From an uncultured Candidatus Saccharibacteria bacterium (lineage in GTDB: Bacteria; Patescibacteriota; Minisyncoccia; Phycocordibacterales; UBA9973): a stretch of 50,081 nucleotides of DNA. Positions 16,298 to 22,923 of the stretch are shown here, piece by piece. Position 1 is the first letter of the stretch. Each line of letters opens with the position of its first letter. The notes beneath the pieces are model-generated. The model had not been told where the DNA came from and made no database searches. It was given only the letters and a program-made list of their open reading frames with translations. A program made the translations under genes and the position numbers. Location: contig CAZNZN010000004.1 in the NCBI GenBank assembly GCA_964577515.1, positions 1 to 50,081 on the forward strand, in the 5' to 3' direction.

Positions 16298-17946
16298 CTG
16301 GGGATACCAAACCCTTCCCCTGCTGCGCCGACCGCTGGAAGTGTCACAATAAATGAAGCCCCCTTACCGAGACCCTCTGAGGTAATAGTGATATCCCCTT
16401 TATGAGCTCGAGCAATTTCCCGAGCAAGATAAAGTCCTAGTCCTGACCCTCCTGTGTTGAGCTTACCACCTTCCCCACGGCTAAACTTCTGGAATAGCTT
16501 TTCTTTGGTTTCTTGACTAATACCGACGCCAGAATCTCGAACAGTAAAAATAATAGTCTTATTCTCTGTGCTACGAGTAAGAGAAACCTCCACAAATCCT
16601 TTTTCGGTGTATTTAATACTGTTATCAACGAGGTTCAAAAATACCTGTTTTATTTTTACTGGGTCGGCGTTGACCATACATTTATCAAACTGTGGGATCA
16701 CTGCAGTAAATATAAGCTTTTTATTTTCAGCAGGGATCCGCATTTCACCAACAAGATCAGTAATAAGCTTTTGCAGATCAACCGGACTAAATTCGTATTT
16801 CATCCCCCCCTGTTCGATTTTTGAAACATTGAGAAGATCCTCTACAACGTTGACCAACCCTTGTGCTGACGCATAAATACGTTTGACTGCTTCATTTTGT
16901 TTTTCATCGAGCGCACCAAACGCTCCTTCGGTGAGCATTGACGCGTACCCCTTTATCGCAGTGAGCGGGCTACGCAACTGGTGAGACGCAAGTGAAAGGA
17001 ACTCTGTTTTTAATTTATCGAGACCTTTAAGCTTTTCATTTGCCTGCTGCAACTCTCCTGCAAGTGTTTGAATATGTTCGCGCTGTTCAACTTCACGCAA
17101 CACAGAGCGTATCAAGTTGATCCCAAATATTAACATGAGCAAGAAAACTCCTCCTCTAAAAAAAATCATTGAGAGTGTCTGCGTATAAATAAGTTCAAAC
17201 AGAAGCACTGTGGACAGTATAAAAACAGTCACACCTGTGGAAAGAACTTTAATGCGAAACAGTTTGTGTTTCAATATTGCATAAGAAGTAAATGAAATAA
17301 AGGGAAAAAGAAATAGAGCTCCGAAAGGAATATATTTCGAAATATTCAATACTGCTGGAAAAACAAAATTAAAAACAATGAGGAGGGTAAACGTTATAGC
17401 GGTACCAAAAAAGATAACTTTAGTTTGACTACGTAACGGTCCTTTTGAACCAATAAATTTTTTTATTATTCGAATAATTCCTAAAACAATAAGACTAATA
17501 GTGGTTATTCCATATAGAGGAAGTAGTGGGCCATTTACCACTTCAACAATACGTCCGTTCTGTATTTCACTAACCCCCTTAAAGACATACGGTGTAAGTG
17601 TAAGCAGTGCCATAATAAAAACCCACGGAATAACAAAAAAAGTGTGAAAACGTGACCTAGTATATTGTTCTTTGGGGAATATAGAGAAAAGTTCAAAAAA
17701 AGAGAAGGCGTGGAATATTCCCAAAAATATAGTCATCCGGATTAAAAGCAGCCCGTACACAGGATTTATTAGTTGATAGTTAAAATAATTAACAAGACTC
17801 CAAGCGATAGTCACTAAAGAAAAATATAGAAACGTTCTATTAGTACTACTTTTCGTGTTGCTAAAATATACTAAAAATCCGAGCACACCTGTAGCTGCTA
17901 TCGCAAACCCTACGGATAAAAGATCAATATTTTTTAAAATATCCAT
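16294..17946 (-). CDS. Sensor histidine kinase with a large polytopic N-terminal domain (no cognate response regulator in the window)
   Basis: At least 8 hydrophobic segments in the first ~290 aa. H-box SLASHQLRSPLTAIKGY, N-box LNLVDNSIKYT, and G-boxes VRDSGVGI and GGSGLGLYLAREI. Confidence 0.88.
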   Translation of the reverse strand: MDILKNIDLLSVGFAIAATGVLGFLVYFSNTKSSTNRTFLYFSLVTIAWSLVNYFNYQLINPVYGLLLIRMTIFLGIFHAFSFFELFSIFPKEQYTRSRFHTFFVIPWVFIMALLTLTPYVFKGVSEIQNGRIVEVVNGPLLPLYGITTISLIVLGIIRIIKKFIGSKGPLRSQTKVIFFGTAITFTLLIVFNFVFPAVLNISKYIPFGALFLFPFISFTSYAILKHKLFRIKVLSTGVTVFILSTVLLFELIYTQTLSMIFFRGGVFLLMLIFGINLIRSVLREVEQREHIQTLAGELQQANEKLKGLDKLKTEFLSLASHQLRSPLTAIKGYASMLTEGAFGALDEKQNEAVKRIYASAQGLVNVVEDLLNVSKIEQGGMKYEFSPVDLQKLITDLVGEMRIPAENKKLIFTAVIPQFDKCMVNADPVKIKQVFLNLVDNSIKYTEKGFVEVSLTRSTENKTIIFTVRDSGVGISQETKEKLFQKFSRGEGGKLNTGGSGLGLYLAREIARAHKGDITITSEGLGKGASFIVTLPAVGAAGEGFGIPS

Positions 17947-17949
17947 ATA

Positions 17950-19005
17950 CTATATAAACTCGGGATCTCTTTTTGACGAGATCGCAGAAGGTTTTTCGCT
18001 GTATCCAATACGTAGAATCATGGCAATAGTATCATTATTTTTTATAAACTCTTTATGAAGATATTCACCTCCCTCTTTAATATAAAGAGATTCTTCTTTT
18101 GTTAAGAGGCTATCAACATCATGACCTTCTATCATTCGTTGATAAATATATAGTACTCCAGCAAGCGGGTGTACAGCAACACCAAAGTGACTAGCAAGCA
18201 ACCAAAAGCGTTCTACTACTCTTCCTATGGCAATAAACGAAGCAGGATTTGCTGTCGTTACAGAAAAAATAACAGGAGTAGATGACTGATACATGCGTGC
18301 GTTTGATTCAGCAACTTTTTTTGAAAAACCAATCTTTGAAAGTATTTTTGTGACAGGCCAATATCTCAATATCCGAAAAAAAGCTTGCACGGGGAGAGGG
18401 AGCTCCATTGTTTTAAGATATAATCCTCGCATTTTTTTTCGCTCTTCCTTTTCAGACCACACAATACTATCGAAAAAAAACTTATGGATAAACTTGTTCT
18501 GGAGAGCGATACGCTCCATTTGTGTTGTTATATTAAAAAGCTTTTCTTTACTTTCTTCAGTCTCAACAAAAAGAATTTGTCCTTCTGGGTTCAATATTTT
18601 CTTTAAAGCATTCCGTGTTTCAGAAGAAAGTAGTTCTTTTTTATACTCTTTTCTGTTTGTACAGCGAGAAGGCAGCGCTTCATAAAGGACTTTGTAGTCA
18701 ATATCGCTATCTTGCCCCCCTTCTGAAAAATTTATTATTGCGGTGCAGTTTTCCTCAGCACTCGGTAATACAGAAATATCTGCTTTGTATCCATAATGCG
18801 AAGCTACGATGGTGATATTTTCAATAAGAGCGCCATGTGCGAGAAGTGTCCCCCTTTCGCGAAAATCAAGAAAATCATTATTCCCTTCATTTCTTTTATA
18901 GATACAAAGTTTCGAACCCTTTACTGAAAAAACCCATGGCTGACAGTTATCCCCGGAAGGAGCGTTCACACTTTCTGATACTATTTTTTTAATAATACTT
19001 TCCAT
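17950..19005 (-). CDS. Double-length nitroreductase-superfamily protein (Acg / SagB-McbC-like fold suspected)
   Basis: N-terminal NAPSGDNCQPWVF (nitroreductase-type motif) and RCTNRKEY. At 351 aa it is about two nitroreductase halves. It lies 3 nt from both neighbours. Confidence 0.65.
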   Translation of the reverse strand: MESIIKKIVSESVNAPSGDNCQPWVFSVKGSKLCIYKRNEGNNDFLDFRERGTLLAHGALIENITIVASHYGYKADISVLPSAEENCTAIINFSEGGQDSDIDYKVLYEALPSRCTNRKEYKKELLSSETRNALKKILNPEGQILFVETEESKEKLFNITTQMERIALQNKFIHKFFFDSIVWSEKEERKKMRGLYLKTMELPLPVQAFFRILRYWPVTKILSKIGFSKKVAESNARMYQSSTPVIFSVTTANPASFIAIGRVVERFWLLASHFGVAVHPLAGVLYIYQRMIEGHDVDSLLTKEESLYIKEGGEYLHKEFIKNNDTIAMILRIGYSEKPSAISSKRDPEFI

Positions 19006-19008
19006 ATA

Positions 19009-20442
19009 CTAATTCTTTTTTACCCAACTCTGTTTATTTTTTTTCAATCTAAAAATTTCATTTCCATATGACAAAAGTTCAACTTTTGGATATGCTCTAT
19101 CTCCAATAGCGTTGTAGAGCTTACGGTATTCTGTATTAAGACTAATAAGACTTTGAAAAAGTGCTTTTGTTATAGCTTCCTTAAGTGCTTCATTCTCTGT
19201 TTGTAATTCTTCTAATTCAAGCATAACAACAAGTGTCTGCTCTGTCTGACTGTCATCTGAATCAACTCTAGCTAAAAATTTACCGGTCAATTTCCCTAAG
19301 AAATCATCTCTCTCAACAGCTGCTTTTATATTTTCAGGATATATATTAAGTGCGTAAAAAGTAACAGCAACATCTGACCTCCCAAAAAGACCGACAAACG
19401 GTAGCTGCCATTTAGCAAGATGTGGGGATAGCATCTCATACACACCTGCTTCTTTAGCAGCTTTAACAACATCACTATTCGTAAAAACAACACCTTTATC
19501 TTTTATATTGTAACGAATAAGCGGAATACCTGTATTTGCTGTAAAAGCAAGATGCCCCTCTACCGCTTCGAAATAGATAGTTTCTGGATCAAACTGAACC
19601 AAACTGGGTATAAAACCCTCTTCTCCAAATAACACCTTTCGAAAAGGCTCATTGTTTTCTGCTATTTTTCGTATTGAAATACTCAAAGGTGTTTCGTGGC
19701 CTAATGCCCCCGCATCTGCAGTTCCATACACACTAACAGTATCAAATAAACTATTAGAAACACCTGCGAGTGAGCATATCAAATCTCTCCAACGTTCAGA
19801 AAAACTCTCACCTGCAAATAAAAACTTTAAACTAAACTTATTGAGTGGAATATCTCTTTTTTTTGTTTCATTAATGACATCCATAAGAAACGGTGGGTAC
19901 CCCGCCAAAATAACCACGTCAAACTGAGGAGCGAAATCTCTCAGGACTGAAAGAATGTCTTCTTTTTCGATTCCTGGAGTTATAACAGAAAGATGCATAT
20001 CTTTTTGTCGAGAAACATAACGACAAGAGGCAGCGGTAAAAGTCCCAGCAATCCAGTTACCCATAGAAAAACAAACAACGACTAGTGTAGACTTTCCTTC
20101 GATTGAAAATATATCTCTAAATATTCTTTCATGGAGTACCCCCCCAGCTCTTTCCTGATCATCACCTCGAGGCCAATAAAAAGGCTTTCCTGACGAACCA
20201 GAACTTGCAGACACCATTGGTGGTATCTCTCTATTTTTTACAAGTTCTACAAAAGGAAAACGACGCAAGTAATTATCTTTGTCCATTAAGGGTACGGATA
20301 AGGTAAAATCACTTAACGATCGAATATTTTTAAGGTTAACATTGTTTTCTTTTAAAAATTTTTTATAGGCTTCGATTTCTTGAGAAGCTGACAAAAAAAC
20401 TGAAAGTGGAAATTGTCTTTTTTTTCTCAAAAAATGAATCAT
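19009..20442 (-). CDS. PaaK / coenzyme F390 synthetase-like adenylate-forming enzyme (ANL superfamily)
   Basis: SSGSSGKPFYWPR (phosphate-binding loop, compare TSGTTGKP), YGTADAG and RYNIKDKG motifs. 477 aa. Confidence 0.7.
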   Translation of the reverse strand: MIHFLRKKRQFPLSVFLSASQEIEAYKKFLKENNVNLKNIRSLSDFTLSVPLMDKDNYLRRFPFVELVKNREIPPMVSASSGSSGKPFYWPRGDDQERAGGVLHERIFRDIFSIEGKSTLVVVCFSMGNWIAGTFTAASCRYVSRQKDMHLSVITPGIEKEDILSVLRDFAPQFDVVILAGYPPFLMDVINETKKRDIPLNKFSLKFLFAGESFSERWRDLICSLAGVSNSLFDTVSVYGTADAGALGHETPLSISIRKIAENNEPFRKVLFGEEGFIPSLVQFDPETIYFEAVEGHLAFTANTGIPLIRYNIKDKGVVFTNSDVVKAAKEAGVYEMLSPHLAKWQLPFVGLFGRSDVAVTFYALNIYPENIKAAVERDDFLGKLTGKFLARVDSDDSQTEQTLVVMLELEELQTENEALKEAITKALFQSLISLNTEYRKLYNAIGDRAYPKVELLSYGNEIFRLKKNKQSWVKKN

Positions 20443-20453
20443 TTGTTTTAAGG

Positions 20454-21578
20454 TTACCGCTCGTTAAACTGAGCAATAAATTTTTTAGTTTTTTCTTCTC
20501 TTCCAAGAATAGATTGTTCCGACATATATTGTGGAACTATTTTTTCTTCAAGACTAACGACATAACGTCCTGAAGGAATATCTTGTTTTGTGAGAATTCT
20601 TCTAAGCGCATAAGAAACAGCCGCGCCTGCAATATTAGCAGTAGTTCCTAATTGTGGAACAGAAGGAATTTTTTTACCTATAAGAGAAAGAGATTCTTGC
20701 ATTCTTTCAGTTAAATAGCTAGGTCCGACAATTTTTGTTGCGAGTTGAAGCCACATTTTATAATCAAGATTTTCAAAATCTTTTGGTTCAACATCCCCAA
20801 GTAATCCATGGAAAATTGGCTGTGTAGAATCAAGATCATATCGTTCAACATCAAGTAGTACTCCATCTCCATTGTCAGTAGCCATTAACACTGGGATTTT
20901 TGCTTCACGGCAAATAAAACGTGCTGCGATCTTTAAATCAAGGCTATCCATCTCATCAACAAACACATCTACTCTTGGGTTTAAAAGAAAATCAGCAAGT
21001 GTTTCTTTTGTGATCCCCTTATCCCATAATGAAAGCTCTGTGTAAGGATCAAGCTCCCAAACCTCATGAGCAGCTATATGTGTTTTATTTTGACCAATAT
21101 GAATGAGCTTTGCTCTCATACGGTTAAGATTGGTAATCTCTGCTGTATCAAAATCTGCAATCTTAATATTTTTTGATCCTCCACTAACGACAACAGATGA
21201 GAGTATTGCTGAACCAACAGAGAGCCCCGCGATTGCAATATGCGAATTTCGATAGGTTGTTTGCTCTTCTTCTGTAAGAATAAATCTATTACGAGCAGTA
21301 CGGAGCATAAAGTATATATCTTCAGATACAGTTTTTATTAATACGGCACTCCAAGGAAAATATATAAAAACAGGTTCTAGTGTATTGTTTTTTATAAAAT
21401 CAGACAGCATATCAGGGACACCTGGTTGTGCTTTTTTATATTGAGGATTTTTTACAAAAAAAAGCTCTTCCAGTGCTCCAGAAAAAGCATCGACTTCGGA
21501 AGCAATTATGTTATTTTTTTTAAAAGAATCTAGCTCTTTTAATGAAAGAAAGATAGGTTTTTTTAGATTTTGCTCCAT
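20454..21578 (-). CDS. E1/ThiF-like protein with a ~115-aa N-terminal extension and a degenerate nucleotide loop
   Basis: IAIAGLSVGSAILSS replaces GxGxxG. IADFDTAEITNLNRM matches the DxD..SNLNRQ region, and VDEMDSLDLKIAARFICREAKIPVLMATDNG is present. Confidence 0.7.
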   Translation of the reverse strand: MEQNLKKPIFLSLKELDSFKKNNIIASEVDAFSGALEELFFVKNPQYKKAQPGVPDMLSDFIKNNTLEPVFIYFPWSAVLIKTVSEDIYFMLRTARNRFILTEEEQTTYRNSHIAIAGLSVGSAILSSVVVSGGSKNIKIADFDTAEITNLNRMRAKLIHIGQNKTHIAAHEVWELDPYTELSLWDKGITKETLADFLLNPRVDVFVDEMDSLDLKIAARFICREAKIPVLMATDNGDGVLLDVERYDLDSTQPIFHGLLGDVEPKDFENLDYKMWLQLATKIVGPSYLTERMQESLSLIGKKIPSVPQLGTTANIAGAAVSYALRRILTKQDIPSGRYVVSLEEKIVPQYMSEQSILGREEKTKKFIAQFNER

Positions 21579-21595
21579 AGTTATAGCCTCACTGA

Positions 21596-21604
21596 TTATA
21601 TCAT
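21596..21604 (-). promoter_or_regulatory. Candidate extended -10 promoter (TGaTATAAT) for the E1-like operon
   Basis: Minus-strand TGATATAAT lies in the 38-nt ddl/E1-like gap, 17 nt upstream of the ATG. Confidence 0.4.
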
Positions 21605-21616
21605 AACAAAAGTTTA

Positions 21617-22567
21617 TTATTTATTTGAAAGAATCGCACGAACAAACTCAACAAGTGACGACCCTACGGCTTCGAGTGCTTGATAAAATGGTGCGTGGGG
21701 ATGGAGTGCTGGGTGTGTATCGGTCTCCAAAAACCATATTTTCCCAAATCGATCAACCACAAACTCTGATTGCGAATAATCTTTTGCTCCAATAGATTCG
21801 TGTAGCTGTTGTGCAAGAGCACTTACCGCCTCCCTTTCCCCCGGGCGAAGCCGTGAAGGAAACATTGTGTGCGGCTCTTGCCGTTGTTCATGAGAAAGTA
21901 CACCACGAGAAGGAGAGGTGACATCAACAACCGGTAGTACGTAACGCTCTTTATTTCTAAAGTTATCAATGACCCCGACTGCCACTTCTGTTCCAGCAAT
22001 GTATTGCTCGACAATAAATGGAGTCTCATGCGAAAGAGCCTCCTCCACGATCTGTGCAAGTTCAAGTGGTGTAAATGCAAAAAACGTATGCACTGATGAA
22101 CCACCAGACAGTGGTTTTATTACCCACGGTGGTGCCATGGTCTTATAAATACGAGCACTCACTTCAGCTATAGAATCATCATTTTCTGGAATAATGAGTA
22201 GTGATTGTGGTGTTCTGATCCCAAGGGCCTTCGCATGTTCTTTTGCGGTTTGCTTATTAAAAGCAACAGCGGAGGCAAGTGTTCCTGATCCAGTATATGG
22301 AATACCGTACTGATCGAGTAGGCGCTGTAGTGCCCCGTCTTCACCAAAGCTTCCATGAAGTGAATTCCATACGTGATCAACATGCGACCCTACTTGGTCT
22401 ACAGAAACAGGGATACCTTTTATATGGAGCACACCTTCTTTATCAAGAAGCATATCGATAGCTTCAAATCCTGCCTCAGCAAGTGCCTGTTGCACTGCTG
22501 CCCCTGTTTTAAGCGAGATATGATACTCGGGGCTTATGCCTCCACGAAGAATACCGATTCTTTTCAT
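21617..22567 (-). CDS. ddl: D-alanine--D-alanine ligase
   Basis: MKRIGILRGGISPEYHISL, HGSFGEDGALQRLLDQYGIPYTGSG and an ATP-grasp core. The 36-codon ORF-track extension runs through a terminator and a repeat, so it was dropped. Confidence 0.9.
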   Translation of the reverse strand: MKRIGILRGGISPEYHISLKTGAAVQQALAEAGFEAIDMLLDKEGVLHIKGIPVSVDQVGSHVDHVWNSLHGSFGEDGALQRLLDQYGIPYTGSGTLASAVAFNKQTAKEHAKALGIRTPQSLLIIPENDDSIAEVSARIYKTMAPPWVIKPLSGGSSVHTFFAFTPLELAQIVEEALSHETPFIVEQYIAGTEVAVGVIDNFRNKERYVLPVVDVTSPSRGVLSHEQRQEPHTMFPSRLRPGEREAVSALAQQLHESIGAKDYSQSEFVVDRFGKIWFLETDTHPALHPHAPFYQALEAVGSSLVEFVRAILSNK

Positions 22568-22574
22568 TGTAAAC

Positions 22575-22583
22575 AGTATAGCA
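22575..22583 (-). promoter_or_regulatory. Extended -10 promoter (TGcTATACT) 7 nt upstream of the ddl ATG
   Basis: Minus strand: TGCTATACT-gtttaca-ATG. Confidence 0.5.
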
Positions 22584-22598
22584 CTAAGAAAATAACCG

Positions 22599-22643
22599 AA
22601 AAAAGAAAGACCCTCTGTTTTTAAACAAGGGTCTTTCTTTTTT
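22599..22643. terminator. Bidirectional intrinsic terminator
   Basis: A-run, GAAAGACCCT, a 13-nt loop, AGGGTCTTTC, T-run. Confidence 0.75.
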
Positions 22644-22819
22644 ATGTGCGCCGGGAAGGATTTGTTTCTCGGCATGTTTGCCTCAAAACCTTCACCTGCT
22701 TATCGCAGGTTACGGCCCACGGTTCAAATCCTTCTTTTTACAATACACAGTACCACTATAAAACACCGCAGTAATACCTACGGTGTTTTATATATTTTAT
22801 GTGCGCCGGGAAGGATTTG
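22640..22819. repeat. 25-nt direct repeat (22640-22664 and 22795-22819) duplicating the 3' end of tRNA-Tyr plus 7 nt of trailer
   Basis: Exact repeat TTTTATGTGCGCCGGGAAGGATTTG. An inverted 14-mer GGTTCAAATCCTTC at 22721-22734 is complementary to the tRNA T-arm at 22810-22823. Confidence 0.9.
22758..22790 (-). terminator. Hairpin terminator downstream of tRNA-Tyr
   Basis: Minus strand: ACACCG, a 12-nt loop, CGGTGT followed by TTTTAT. Confidence 0.55.
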
Positions 22820-22885
22820 AACCTTCGTAGCCCAAAGGGCGACAGATTTACAGTCTGTTGTAATTGACCACTCTACCACCGACGC
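22802..22885 (-). tRNA. tRNA-Tyr (anticodon GUA), class II with a long variable arm, no encoded CCA
   Basis: Manual fold: acceptor GCGTCGG/CCGGCGC, anticodon stem ACAGA/TCTGT with loop CTGTAAA, variable stem GCCC/GGGC, T-arm GAAGG-TTCAAAT-CCTTC, discriminator A. Confidence 0.9.
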
Positions 22886-22923
22886 AGGCCGTCTCTTCAA
22901 AGAGACGGGATATAACACTGGAG

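Noticed and set aside
22568-22675. 36-codon N-terminal extension of the ddl ORF; similar extensions occur at corA (13947-14012), the SPFH-like gene (32215-32274), pth, lepB, murG, P3, P4 and P5
   Set aside because: The extensions run through terminators, promoters, repeats or the preceding gene. The conserved N-termini or signal peptides begin at the internal Met.
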